A DNA stretch of 64,000 bases, from assembly GCF_006345805.1 (NCBI RefSeq), contig NC_043025.1:4650001-4714000 (forward strand). Reading direction: 5' to 3'. The notes below the pieces were generated by a model. It searched no databases. It had not been told where the DNA came from and worked only from the letters and a program-made list of their open reading frames with translations. Positions within the stretch are counted from its first letter, which is position 1. Each line of letters begins with the position of its first letter. This document shows positions 43,148 through 57,702 of the stretch, piece by piece. Made by a program: the position numbers and the translations under genes. The DNA is from Octopus sinensis (lineage: Eukaryota).

Positions 43148-44005
43148 GTGAGGGCGCGTGGCTTAGTGGTTAGGGCATTCGGCTCATGATCGTAAGGTTG
43201 TGAGTCCACTCAGCTGGCAAAAATGAATTGTACTTGTATTTCAAAGGGTCAGCCTTGTCACTCTCTGTGTCACGCTGAATATCCCCGAGAACTACGTTAA
43301 GGGTACACGTGTCTGTGGAATGCTCAGCCATTTGCACGTTAATTTCATGAGCAAGCTGTTCCGTTGATCGGATCAACCGGAACCCTCGTCGTCGTAACCG
43401 ACGGAGTGCTTCCATCCGAGGCTCCGGCAGGGGATGGTGGTGATCCCTGCTGTACTCTTTCACCACAACTTTCTCTCACTCTTACTTCCTGTTTCTGTTG
43501 TATCTATATTTCAAAGGGTCAGCCTTGTCACTCTCTGTGTCACGCTGATTATCCCCGAGAACTACGTTAAGGATACACGTGTCTGTGGAGTGCTCAGCCA
43601 TTTGCACGTTAATTTCACGAGCAAGCTGTTCCGTTGATCGTATCAGCTGGGACCCTCGTCGTCGTAACCGGCGGAGTCTTTTTGTGAGGGCGCATGGCTT
43701 AGTGGTTAGGGCATTCGGCTCATGATCGTAAGGTTGTGAGTTCGATTCCCGGCGACGCGTTGTGTCCTTGAGCAAGATACTTTGTTTCACGTTGCTCCAG
43801 TCCACTCAGCTGGCAAAAATGAGTTGTACTTGTATTTCAAAGGGTCAGCCTTGTCACTCTCTGTGTCACGCTGATTATCCCCGAGAACTACATTAAGGGT
43901 ACACGTGTCTGTGGAATGCTCAGCCATTTGCACGTTAATTTCACGAGCAAGCTGTTCCGTTGATCGTATCAGCTGGGACCCTCGTCGTCGTAACCGGCGG
44001 AGTCT
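43148..44005 (+). mobile_element. CORE-type SINE family B (two heads, three tail-X copies)
   Basis: Head GAGGGCGCGTGGCTTAGTGGTTAGGGC...GAGTTCGATTCC, CORE-like GTGTCCTTGAGCAAG. Related copies at 6520-6765(-), 25690-25810(-), 62025-62340. Confidence 0.78.
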
Positions 44006-44957
44006 TTTAAAAAAAATTTACCAAGAATTTAGAATATGTATTTTATTTATTTATTTATTCTTGGGTTCAGTTTTGTCATCAAAATATGTGCATGGGTTCA
44101 GAGTTTCAAATGGATTGCACATGTGGAAGATGCTAGGTGTAGTTTCTTAAATCTTGGATATTTTATCATAATTTAACATAAATTATCATAATTTATCATA
44201 ATTTATCATGAATGGAAGCACCACGTCGGTTACGACAACGAGGGTTCCGGTTGATCCGATCAACGGAACAGCCTGCTCGTGAAATTAACGTGTAAGTGGC
44301 TGAGCACTCCACAGACACGTGTACCCTTAACGTAGTTCTCGGGGATATTCAGCGTGACACAGAGAGTGACAAGGCCGGCCCTTTGAAATGGAAGCACTCC
44401 GTCGGTTACGACGACGAGGGTTCCGGTTGATCCGAATCAACGGAACAGCCCGCTCGTGAAATTAACGTGTAAGTGGCTGAGCAACCACAGACACGTGTAC
44501 CCTTAACGTAGTTCGGGGGGATATTCAGCGTGACACAGAGAGTGACAAGGCCGGCCCTTTGAAATGGAAGCACTCCGTCGGTTACGACGACGAGGGTTCC
44601 GGTTGATCCGAATCAACGGAACAGCCCGCTCGTGAAATTAACGTGTAAGTGGCTGAGCACTCCACAGACAAGTGCACCCTTACCGTAGTTCTCGGGGATA
44701 TTCAGCGTGACGCAGAGAGTGACAAGGCCGGCCCTTTGAAAAACAGGTACAACAGAAACAGGAAGTAAGAGTGAGAGAAAGTTGTGGCGAAAGAGTACAG
44801 CAGGGGTCGCCACCACCCCCTGCCGGAGCCTCGTGGAGCTTCAGGTGTTTTCCCTCAATAAACACTCATAACGCCTGGTCTGGGAATCGAAACCGCAATC
44901 CCCACGACCGCGAGTCCGCTGCCCTAACCACTGGGCCATTGCGCCTCCACATGTATG

Positions 44958-45101
<144 letters not shown>

Positions 45102-45326
45102 TCTTACTCTTTTACTCTTTTACTTGTTTCAGTCATTTGACTGCAGCCATGCTGGAGCACCGCTTTAGTCGAGCAACTCGACCCCGGGACTTATTCTTTT
45201 TTGTAAGCCCAGTACTTATTCTATCGGTCTCTTTTGCCGAACCGCTAAGTAACGGGGACATAAACACACCAGCATTGGTTGTCAAGCAATGCTAGGGGGA
45301 CAAACACAAACACACAAACATACACG

Positions 45327-45366
<40 letters not shown>

Positions 45367-45611
45367 TACGACGGGCTTCTTTCAGTTTCCGTCTACCAAA
45401 TCCACTCACAAGGCTTTGGTCGGCCCGGGACCAAATATATAATTAGAAATATTGTATTTCTAAATCACACCGAGAAGAAACTTATACAGTAGCAGCACAA
45501 TAAAATGATGGACTGTTGCCAACTTAATGTGACAGTCCCAACTGAAAATGGTGTTCCCTGGGGCTAAATAGCAGTAGCATTCTTACCTTTCCTGGGACTT
45601 CCACATTAAGT

Positions 45612-48210
45612 TGGCCTCACTGAAGCAATGACTAGTGACCGAGACCTTTGGAGATATGCTGTGCTTGAGAAGACCCAGCAAGCCAAGTGAGACTATAACC
45701 CATGGCTTATGCCAGTGGTGCATAACCAGCCCCTACTTATGAGTGCCCCTCATTCATTGGACAATAAACTTTGCTTGCAAAGACCTGTTTGGGCAAGTGA
45801 AATCAAAATCAAAATCGCTGACGTGGCCGATGACAGTACCTATTTCTTTACTACCCACAAGGGGGTAAACACAGTGGGGACAAACGAGGACAGACAAACG
45901 GATTAAGTCGATTACATCGACCCCAGTGCGTAACTGGTACTTATTTAATCGACCCCGAAAGGATGAAAGGCAAAGTCGACCTCGGCGGAATTTGAACTCA
46001 GAATGTAACGGCAGACGAAATACCTATTTCTTTATTACCCACAAGGGGCTAAACACAGAGGGGACAAATGAGGACAGACAAACAGATTAAGTTGATTACA
46101 TCGACCCCAGTGTGTAACTGGTACTTATTTAATCGACCCCGAAAGGATGAAAGGCAAAGTCGACCTCGGCGGAATTTGAACTCAGAATGTAACGGCAGAC
46201 GAAATACCTATTTCTTTACTACCCACAAGGGGCTAAACACAGAGGGGACAAATGAGGACAGACAAACAGATTAAGTTGATTACATCGACCCCAGTGTGTA
46301 ACTGGTACTTATTTAATCGACCCCGAAAGGATGAAAGGCAAAGTCGACCTCGGCGGAATTTGAACTCAGAATGTAACGGCAGACGAAATACCTATTTCTT
46401 TACTACCCCAAGGGGCTAAACACAGAGGGGACAAATGAGGACAGAAAACAGATTAAGTTGATTACATCGACCCCAGTGTGTAACTGGTACTTATTTAATC
46501 GACCCCGAAAGGATGAAAGGCAAAGTCGACCCCTCGGCGGAATTTGAACTCAAGAATGTAACGGCAGACGAAATACCTATTTCTTTATTACCCACAAGGG
46601 GCTAAACACAGAGGGGACAAATTGACAGACAAACAGATTAAGTTGATTAACATCGACCCCAGTGTGTAACTGGTACTTATTTAATCGACCCCGAAGGATG
46701 AAAGGCAAAGTCGACCTCGGCGGAATTTGAACTCAGAATGTAACGGCAGAACGAAATACCTATTTCTTTACTACCCACAAGGGGCTAAACACAGAGGGGA
46801 CAAATGAGGACAGACAAACAGATTAATTTGATTACATCGACCCCAGTGTGTAACTGGTACTTATTTAATCGACCCCGAAAGGATGAACGGCAAAGTCGAC
46901 CTCGGCGGAATTTGAACTCAGAATGTAACGGCAGACGAAATACCTATTTCTTTATTACCCACAAGGGGCTAAACACAGAGGGGACAAATGAGGACAGACA
47001 AACAGATTAAGTTGATTACATCGACCCCGTGTGTAACTGGTACTTATTTAATCGACCCCGAAAGGATGAAAGGCAAAGTCGACCTCGGCGGATTTTGAAC
47101 TCAGAATGTAACGGCAGACGAAATACCTATTTCTTTACTACCCACAAGGGGCTAAACACAGAGGGGACAAATGAGGACAGACAAACAGATTAAGTTGATT
47201 ACATCGACCCCAGTGTGTAACTGGTACTTATTTAATCGCCCCGAAAAGGATGAAAGGCAAAGTCGACCTCGGCGGAATTGAACTCAATGTAACGGCAGAC
47301 GAAATACCTATTTCTTTACTACCCACAAGGGGCTAAACACAGAGGGGACAAATGAGGACAGACAAACAGATTAAGTTGATTACATCGACCCCAGTGTGTA
47401 ACTGGTACTTATTTAATCGACCCCGAAGGATGAAAGGCAAAGTCGACCTCGGCGGAATTGAACTCAGAATGTAACGGCAGACGAAATACCTATTTCTTTA
47501 TTACCACAAGGGGCTAAACACAGAGGGGACAAATGAGGACAGACAACAGATTAAGTTGATTCATCGACCCCAGTGTGTCCTGGTACTTATTTAATCGACC
47601 CCGAAAGGATGAAAGGCAAAGTCGACCTCGGCGGAATTTGAACTCAGAACGTAACGGCAGACGAAATACGGCTACGCATTTCACCCGTCATGCTAACGTT
47701 TCTGCCAGCTCACCGCCTTGACCGATGACAGTACCACCTGATTGGCACTCATGCCAATGGAACATTAAAAGCACCATCCGAGCGTGATCGTTGCCAGGGC
47801 TGCTGAGTGGCTCCTGTGCCAGTGGCATGTAAAAAGCACCATTTGAGCATGATCGTTGCCAGCATTGCCTAACTGGCACATGTGCCAGTGGCACGTGAGA
47901 AAACAATATTCAAGGGTGGTTATTACCAGTGTTACCAGACTGGCTCCCATGCAGGTGGCATGTAAAAAAACACCATTTGAGCGTGGTCGTTGCCAGTACT
48001 GCCTGACTGGCCCTCGTGCCGGTGGCAAGTAAAAGCACCCACTACACTCTCGGAGTGGTCGGCGTTAGGAAGGGCATCCTGCTGTAGAAACTTTGCCAGA
48101 TTAAGAATTGGAGACTGGTACAGCCATCTGGTCCGCCAGTCCTCAGTCAAATCGTCCAACCCATGCCAGCATGGAAAGCGGACGTTAAACGATGATGATG
48201 ATGATGATGA
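45612..48210 (+). mobile_element. RTE LINE 3' end split by the SINE decamer
   Basis: GLTEAMTSDRDLWRYAVLEKT at about 45612-45680; UTR resumes at 47722 and ends in (GAT)n at about 48190. Confidence 0.78.
45841..47721 (-). mobile_element. SINE family M concatemer: one head plus 10 tandem ~184-bp body units, inserted in an RTE 3' UTR
   Basis: Unit starts at 45837, 46021, 46205, 46389, 46574, 46757, 46941, 47124, 47305, 47487. Head at about 47670-47720. 14-bp TSD CCGATGACAGTACC at 45827-45840 and 47722-47735. Confidence 0.92.
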
Positions 48211-48333
48211 TGGCTGTAGTGATGATGATGGTGATGCTGCTGCTGCTGATGATGATATTGATAGTGATGGTGGTGGTGGTGGTGATGATGATGATGGTAG
48301 TGTTATTATTAGATGTGGTGGTTTTGGAGGTGA

Positions 48334-48367
<34 letters not shown>

Positions 48368-48945
48368 GGTGGTGGTGGTGGTTGAGGTGGTTGTGGTGGT
48401 GGTGGTGGCAGTGGTGGTGGCGGCGGTGGCGACGACAATAACGTCAATGGTAATGATGATGATGATGATGGCAATGATGGTGATGATGACGATGATGAAG
48501 ATGATGATGATGATGATGATGGTGATGATGACGATGATGAAGATGATGATAGTGATGATGATGATGATGATGGTGATGATGGATGATGATGGTGATGATG
48601 ATGGTGATGATGATGATGATGAAGATGATGATAGTATGATGATGGTGATGATGATGATGATGAAGATGATGATAGTGATGATGATGGTGATGATGATGAT
48701 GATGAAGATGATGATGGTGATGATGGATGATGATGGTGATGATGATGGTGATGATGATGATGATGAAGATGATGATAGTATGATGATGGTGATGATGATG
48801 ATGATGAAGATGATGATGGTGATGATGATGATGACGCCACCGCCGACGCCGACGCCAATGACAACAACGCTGAAGATAATGAGGGTAATTACGATGATCA
48901 TGATGTTGATGAGGTTGATGATGACGGCGATGACAAAGATAATGA
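48190..48945. repeat. (GAT)/(GGT) expansion continuing from an RTE tail
   Basis: Starts at the RTE terminus CGTTAAAC-GATGAT. Confidence 0.9.
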
Positions 48946-49370
48946 TGACGCATAGAAATGGAAGTCCTAATTAATTGTTTTCTTTTTTGATTGTTTATGT
49001 AATTAATTTCATTATTTTTTCAGTTGAATAAATAATCTTTATGTCTGTTGGCATCGGTGGTGGTGGTCGTGGTGGGTGGTGGGTGGTATAGAGTGATGGC
49101 CAGATATGGAGTGGGGATGTGGAAGGGGTAAGGGAGGCAGAGAAAATGGAAGTGGTTTCAGGAGAAAGACAGGCAGGCTGCGCAAAATCTTTTTGGTGAC
49201 CATCACTGTTGAATCTCTCCATGTTTTAAGCTGGAGTGGGTTGATGATTGTAATTAGTTGGTTTTTGCTCCCTAGTAAGCCTGGCGTGGAACGACAATCC
49301 TGGGGGGTAAGGCTGGTTTATTTTGGTATTTAACCATTCCACCATGCAACAACAACAGCAGCAACAGCAG

Positions 49371-50495
49371 TGGAGGCGCAATGGCCCAATAGTTAGGGCA
49401 GCGGACTCACGGTCGGAGGATCGCGGTTTCGATTCCCAGACCGGGCATTGTGTGTGTTTATTGAGCAAAAACACCTAAAGCTCCACAAGGCTCTGGCAGG
49501 GTGTGGTGGTGACCCCTGTTGTACTCTTTCGCCCCAACTTTCTCTCTCACTCTTTCTTCCTGTTTCTTGTCCCCGACTTCCTACGCAACCGCTGAGCCTG
49601 GATGCGTATTCATCCATCCGTCGATGCTCTCGGTGAGTCGGAGGTTGACCTGCTTCTCTTCTGCAGGTCTAACGAATAGCAAAGGACCACAATTCGGACT
49701 TCTCAAGAGGACAAAGACCGCTTCGCTCAACAGCAACAGCAGGTGGAGGTGTGCAATAGCCAGTGGTTAGGCAGCGGACTCACGGTCAGAGGATCGCGGT
49801 TTCAATTCCCAGACGGGCGTGGGTGTGTTTATTGAGCAAAAACACCTAAAGCTCTACGAGGCTCTGGCAGGGGTGGTGTTGGTGGTGCCCCTGTTGTACT
49901 CCTTTCGCCCCAACTTTCTCTCTCACTCTTTCTTCCTGTTTCTTGTGCCCCGACTTCCTACGCAACCGCCTGAGCCTGGATGCGTATTCATCCATCCGTC
50001 GATGCTCTCGGTGAGTCGGAGGGTGACCTGCTTTCTCTTCTGCAGGTCTAACGAATAGCAAAGGACCACAATTCGGACTTCTCCCAAGAGGACAAAGACC
50101 GCTTCGCTCAACAGCAACAGCAGGTGGAGGTGCAATAGCCCAGTGGTTAGGGCAGCGGACTCACGGTCAGAGGATCGCGGTTTCAATTCCCAGACCGGGC
50201 GTTGGGTGTGTTTATTGAGCAAAAACACCTAAAGCTCTACGAGGCTCTGGCAGGGTGTGGTGGTGACCCCTGTTGTACTCTTTCGCCCCAACTTTCTCTC
50301 TCACTCTTTCTTCCTGTTTCTTGTCCCCGACTTCCTACGCAACCGCTGAGCCTGGATGCGTATTCATCCATCCGTCGATGCTCTCGGTGAGTCGGAGGTT
50401 GACCTGCTTTCTCTTCTGCAGGTCTAACGAATAGCAAAGGACCACGATTTGGACTTCTCTCAAGTGGACAAAACCGCTTCGCTCAACGGCAACAA
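49371..50495 (+). mobile_element. Three full head-to-tail copies of SINE family A with an alternative tail (Y)
   Basis: Heads at about 49371, 49742 and 50123; each unit is ~375 bp and ends GACCGCTTCGCTCAACAGCAAC. Confidence 0.85.
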
Positions 50496-50812
50496 TAACA
50501 ACACCATTATCCGTGTATTTTTGCAGCGAGGATTAAGCTGTCAAGCATGGCCTTCCTGTTATTGTTGCTTTTACAGTCCTATGACACACACACACATATA
50601 TATATATACATCCATATATACATACATATGCATGTGTATTTTTATAAATTTTTAGCGGAAGAAACAGAGTGACTCAAGGTCCGAGAGTTTTGTGTGTTGG
50701 GGAGTAACTCACGAATCTTTAGTCACTCAGCCACTTCTGCCAGATATTAATGAAATTACACATATACTCACATTTTGAGTTCTATTTTCCTGTTTGCATC
50801 ATCATATATGTG

Positions 50813-50850
<38 letters not shown>

Positions 50851-52943
50851 GTATATATATACTCTTTACTCTTTTACTTGTTTCAGTCATTTGACTGCGG
50901 CCATGCTGGAGCACTGCCTTTAATCGAGGCAACTCGACCCCGGGACTTATTCTTTTGTAAGCCCAGTATTATTCTATCGGTCACTTTGTGCCGAACCGCT
51001 AAGTGACGGGACGTAAGCACACCAGCATCGGTTTGTCAAGCAATGATAGGGGGACAAACACAGACACAAAACATACACGCACACACACATATTATATATC
51101 ATATACGACGGGCTTCTTTCAGTTTCCGTCTACCAAATCCACTCACAAGGCATTGGTCGGCCCGGGGCTATAGCAGAAGACACTTGCCCAAGGTGCCACG
51201 CAGTGGGACTGAACCGGAACCATGTGGTTGGTTAGCAAGCTACTTACCACACAGTCACTCCTGCGCTGACACATCTATATATACATTCTATATATAATAT
51301 ATGTATCTATATATATATTAGATATATATTATATATATATATATATGTGTGTATATGGATATATATATATATGTATTATATATATGATATTATAGTATAT
51401 ATATATATATAGTATATATATGTATATATATGTATATATATATATGTAGATAATAAATGCCACAACATATATATAATACATCATCATCATATCATCGTTT
51501 TTTTTAACGTCCGTTTTCCATGCTAGCATGGATTGGACGGTTCGACCAGGGTCTGGGAAGCCAGGAGGCTGCACCAGGCTCCAGCCTTGATCTGGCAGTA
51601 TTTCTACAGCTGGATGTCCTTCCTAACGCCAACCACTCCGTGAGTGTAGTGGGTGCTTTTTACGTGTCACCGGCACAGGTGCCAGGATGGCTGGCAACGT
51701 CAACGATCAGTTGGTGCTTTTTACGTGCCACCAGCACAGAAGCTGGTCAAGGTGGCGCTGGAATCAGCCATGTGCGGGTGGTGCTTTTTACGTGCCACTG
51801 GCACAGGTATCACAACTACAATTTCCATTTGATTTTTTGATGCTGATGTACTTGACTCAATAGGTCTCCTCAAGCACAGCAATGGAGATGTACTTGCATA
51901 GCAAGTGACCTGATCTGAGATTTTGTGCCGGAATGGAAACCATTAGAGCATGGAAGGTGTTTACCAGATGGCTGGTATACTCTTACTCTTTACTCTTTTA
52001 CTTGTTTCAGTCATTTGACTGCGGCCATGCTGGAGCACCGCCTTTAGTCGAGCAAATCGACCCCGGGACTTATTCTTTGTAAGCCCAGTACTTATTCTAT
52101 CAGTCAATTGCCGAACGCTAAGTGACAGGGACGTAAAACACACCAGCATCGGTGTCAAGCAATGCTAGGGGGACAAACACATAAACACACAATCACACAC
52201 AACATAAATATATATATATATATAATATATATATATAATATATATATACAACAGGCTTCTTCAGTTTCCGTTCACAAATCCACTCACAAGGCATTAGTCG
52301 GCCGGGGCTTATAGCAGAAGACACTGCCCAAGATGTCACGCTGTGGGACTGAACCGGAACCATGTGGTTGGTTAGCAAGCTACTTACCACACAGCCACTC
52401 CTGCGGTATGTAATTGTATAATAGTATTTCTGTATTTGTTTTTATATATGGTGTATAAAAACTTCCTGATGAAGGGAGTGTCAGATTTGGAAATATGAAA
52501 TATATCATATTACTTGGCATGTGGCTGGTAGACGGAACTTTAAATTTTTGTATTTTGGGGGGGATTTTAATACACCACCCACCCACCCACCTGCAGAGTG
52601 GACCGAGTGCTTTTTATGTGGCACCAGCACAGGTGGGGTCAGTTTTGGCATGGTTTTTTACAGCTGGATGTCCTTCCAGAAACCACCTACTTTACAGCGT
52701 AGACTGGATGCATTTTACATGGCACCAGCACTAGTAGGGTCACCAAGTTCTATGTAAGACCACACAGCCATGTACACAATATCTGATAAATGATGAGATT
52801 GCCATCTTTCCACAGGTTTGTTCAATCAGAGCTGCTCTAACACTGAACAGCAATCACCATGTCATTTTAATTCTTTAGATAGCTCTCCTTTTTTAATTGT
52901 ATCTGTTCATCTATTTATCTCTATATGTCCATCCATCCATTAC

Positions 52944-52977
<34 letters not shown>

Positions 52978-53137
52978 ATCTATATCTATCTATCTATCTA
53001 TCTATCTATCATCATCTATCTATCTATTATCTACCTACCTACCTATCTATCTATCTATCTATTCTATCTATCTATCTATTATCTATCTATATCTATCTAT
53101 CTATCTATTATCTACCTACTACCTACCTATCTATTCT

Positions 53138-53176
<39 letters not shown>

Positions 53177-53413
53177 GTCTGTCTCTCTACCTCTCTATCT
53201 CTCTCTATCTATCTATCTATATCTTTCTTTCTTTCTATACCCCTCCCTGTCTCCCCTACACTCCTTTCCTTAGTCTCTTTTCACACCTCTGTTCTCTCTC
53301 TCTCCTTCCAACACTTGGCTTAGTCTTTCTACTTCTTTCTTTCACCCCTCTAATCCTTTCCTTAATCTTTCTACTCCTCTCTTTCTCTCCCTCCAATGTT
53401 TTGCTTAATTTTC

Positions 53414-53450
<37 letters not shown>

Positions 53451-54112
53451 ATCATTTTGCCTAGTTTTTTTTACACTTCTCTATCTCTCTTTCCTCGTTT
53501 CCTTCGTCTTTTTACACCTGCCTCTCTCTCCTTCCAATCCTTTACCTTGTCTTTCTACAACTCTTCCACCCCCTCCAATTCACTGCTTAGTCTTTCACTA
53601 TTACTTTCCCTCCCCCTTCCATTTTTGCTTAGTCTTTGCACACTCGCACACACGCACACACGCGCACACACGCACACACGCGCGCGCACAGACGCTCTCT
53701 CTTTCCCTCCAACTCTCTCTAATCCTTTGTTTAATCTTTTTACCCTCTCCCTCTTCCCTCCAATTGTATTCTATCAACTCTTTTTACACCTCTCCCTTCC
53801 CCTCTCCCTTAATCCCTATGAGTCAATTTTATCCCTTTGCTCTCGTAATTAAATCATAACTGATCTTCCTCCCCTTCACACATTCACAACTACCCCTCTC
53901 CACTTCTTTACAATTTCTCCTCTTCCTCACCCTCCTCCTCACTCATTTACAACCATTATTTTCCCTTATTCTTCTTTCTCTCCATAATTTCTCTCTCCCT
54001 CTCTCTATCTATCTATCTATCTATTTATCTCCCCTTCAATTTTCCCCTAATATTTTATATCTTCTTTTCCACCTCTCATTCAAAACTACTATAATTCTTC
54101 CTACTCCCCTTT

Positions 54113-54445
54113 CCCTCCGTCATTAGCTTTATATCTATCTCCTTCTCCCTCTCTCTCTAAATCTAACGTATATCTCATATCCTTCCTCCTTCTCTTTCCC
54201 TCCGTCATTAGCTTTGTATCTATCTCCTTCTCCCTCTCTCTCTAAATCTAACGTCTATCTCACAGCCTTCCTCCTCTCCTTTCCCTCCATCATTAGCTTT
54301 ATATCTATCTCCTTCTCCCTCTCTCTCTAAATCTAACGTATATCTCATATCCTTCCTCCTCCTCTTTCCCTCCGTCATTAGCTTCATATCTATCTCCTCC
54401 ACCCTCTCTCTCTAAATCCAACGTATATCTCACACCCTTCCTCCC
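54113..54445. repeat. 85-bp pyrimidine-rich tandem repeat, 4 copies
   Basis: CCCTCC(G/A)TCATTAGC at 54113, 54198, 54283, 54368. Confidence 0.9.
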
Positions 54446-54919
54446 CCTCTGTCATTTACAACCATTGTCATTCTTCCCTCTCCTCTTTCCCTCCTTCACT
54501 AACACCAAATCCCTCTCCCTCACCCTCTCCGTCACTCGTATCCTTCCTCCTCCTCCTCTGTCATTCACAACTACTGTCATTCTGCCCCCTCTCTCTCTCT
54601 CTCTTTCGCTCACTCTCACTCTTTCTCCATCCCTCACTTGTTGTATCTCACATCCTCCTTCCTCCTACCCATTTCATTCACGTCTTCGCATTTTGCTTAA
54701 ACATCCCCTCGGATTGATTATAACGCACTGCTTTGAGGTAAGTCCATCTCCTCTTCACCTATACGAAATTATATATATACACCCTTACAATTACTTTATT
54801 AAATAATTAATTCAACTCATTATTCATCAGTGTCAACGTAATTTTGTCTTATCCCACAAACCCCCCCCAAATTCTATTTCCAATCCACAACAATATATAT
54901 AAATACAGTACATGCATAA

Positions 54920-54965
<46 letters not shown>

Positions 54966-55332
54966 AGCACACAACCCACCATATCTACATGCATATATAT
55001 ATATATATATACACACACATACATCCATATATATATACACACACAATATAACATGTATATATATATATACACATTCAGATATACATCCATATAATACACA
55101 CACAAATATACATGTATATTATATATATACACACACACCACAGACATATACATCCATATATATATACACACAAATATACATGTATATATTATATATATAT
55201 ATACACACACACATACATATACATCCATATATATATACACACACAAATATACATGTTATTATATAGGTACACACGCACATATACATGCATATATATATAT
55301 ATACATATAGTGGTTTTGTCTCTAATTTATAT

Positions 55333-55388
<56 letters not shown>

Positions 55389-55573
55389 ATAATTGAATCA
55401 CGTATATTCCACATGTGTATGTACATCTTATATAAGTATACACACATTGCACATAGATGGTATATAGTGTATATGTTTATACAACCCAAAGTCGAACGAA
55501 CTGAAAAAGGGGTGGGTAGGAAAATGAACGATATCTATATAAGTCTGTGAATACATCTATATATATGTCTGTG

Positions 55574-55605
<32 letters not shown>

Positions 55606-55766
55606 CATGTATATATGTGTGTGTGTATATATATATGCATGTATATGTGTGTGTGTATATATATATGCATGTATATGTGTGTGTGTATATATATATATAT
55701 AAATAAATATACACTTGGTGTTGAATAGATATACTATTAAATTAGTATCTAATTCTCTCACCCTTA

Positions 55767-55808
<42 letters not shown>

Positions 55809-56412
55809 TGTGTGTGTGTGTATATATATATATGCATGTATGTGTGTATATATATATGCATGTGTGTGTGTATATATATATGCATGTATGTGTGTATATA
55901 TATATATGCATGTGTGTGTGTATATATATATGCATGTATACGTGTGTGTATATATATATATGCATGTATATGTGTGTGTGTATATATATATACATGTATA
56001 TTTGTGTGTATATATATGCATGTATATTTGTGTGTGTATATATATATATATGCATGTATATGTGTGTGTGTATATATATATGTATGTATATGTGCGTTAT
56101 ATATATATATATATATTTATTTGCATGTATATGTGTGTGTATATATATATATGCATGTATTTATCTAGGCTATGTTAGTATGGGTATATGTATTTGTGTG
56201 TGTATGTATATATAGGCCTACATTTACGTATGTAAGTATGAATGCCAGGGTACATTTGTGTGTGTGTGTGTGATACATTATGATTTAAAAACGCAACAAT
56301 AATTTCATAGCAGGTGTCCGTTCAATAAAACAATATTTTAACCTTATTCACGTTGAAATACCGCTTCACGAAACCAGTGTGTGTGTGTACATAATATATT
56401 ATATATATATAT

Positions 56413-56444
<32 letters not shown>

Positions 56445-56646
56445 AATATATAATATATATACTAATAATTAGGGTTCAGCAACGATCTGCCTCACCACAC
56501 ACCGAATTTAGAAATAGCAGTCAAAAGGTCTTGGCTGGCTATTCCTTCCTCTTTAGAACGAGATCCCGTAGTAGAAGCAAATCACTCAAGAAAAAACCAG
56601 GCAGGTAAAAGACGAAAGAAAGGACGAAAATCATTCTATATTAAGT

Positions 56647-56680
<34 letters not shown>

Positions 56681-57374
56681 ATATATATTATATATATATA
56701 TATATATATAGTATCAATAATAATATAGGGTGAAATTAATTATTTTGGAATACTCATCAATTTCACCAAGTACATTTCGGCATGTAAAAGCCCCCATTCG
56801 AAGGAAAGTTTAAGTAATACTAGTAATTAAGGGTTTAGCAACGATTTGCCTCACCACACACCGAATTTAGAAATATATATATGTATATATATATATTTAT
56901 ATATGTGTGTGTGTGCGTGTATATCGGAATCTGGGAACCTGAGTAGCAACAGTGTGATATCTCAGATTGTAAAGCATACATACACTGGCATATGCATGGT
57001 GTACATGCGTATAAATATATATATATATGTATGTATGTATATGTGTTATACATGCACACATTAGGCAGCTGGTTTCTATGCACAAAGATAGAAATTAGAC
57101 GAAAGCATCGCGCGCCTGTTTGCCTCCGTCTGTGTGTGAGAGAGAGAGGAAGTGAGTGAAGATGTGGATGAAATAAGAAAGAACCGGTGCTCCTTCCTGA
57201 TGTATTATTTCAAAATTGGTTCAACTAGTATATTTATATGTATGTATGTATGTGTATGTATATATATATATGTAGGTCCCGGGTTCCTGAAGATTTCATC
57301 TGAATGAAACAGTTCTAGTCCTGTAGAAGCTCCTTCTATAAAATAAATAAATATATATATATATATATAAATAA

Positions 57375-57422
<48 letters not shown>

Positions 57423-57470
57423 GTGTGTGTGTATATATATTATGTGTGTTGTGTGGTGTGTGTGTGTATA

Positions 57471-57501
<31 letters not shown>

Positions 57502-57529
57502 GTATATGTATGTGGTGTGTGTGCATATG

Positions 57530-57561
<32 letters not shown>

Positions 57562-57668
57562 TGTATGTATATATATATGTATATATATGTATGTATATGT
57601 ATGTATGTATATACATTATACACACACACACACACATATATATACATATATATATGTATATATTTATG

Positions 57669-57702
<34 letters not shown>

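Noticed and set aside
45841-47721. Regularly spaced repeats resembling a CRISPR array
   Set aside because: Units are contiguous with no unique spacers, SINE-derived and in eukaryotic context. The 33-bp and 63-bp arrays also lack spacers.
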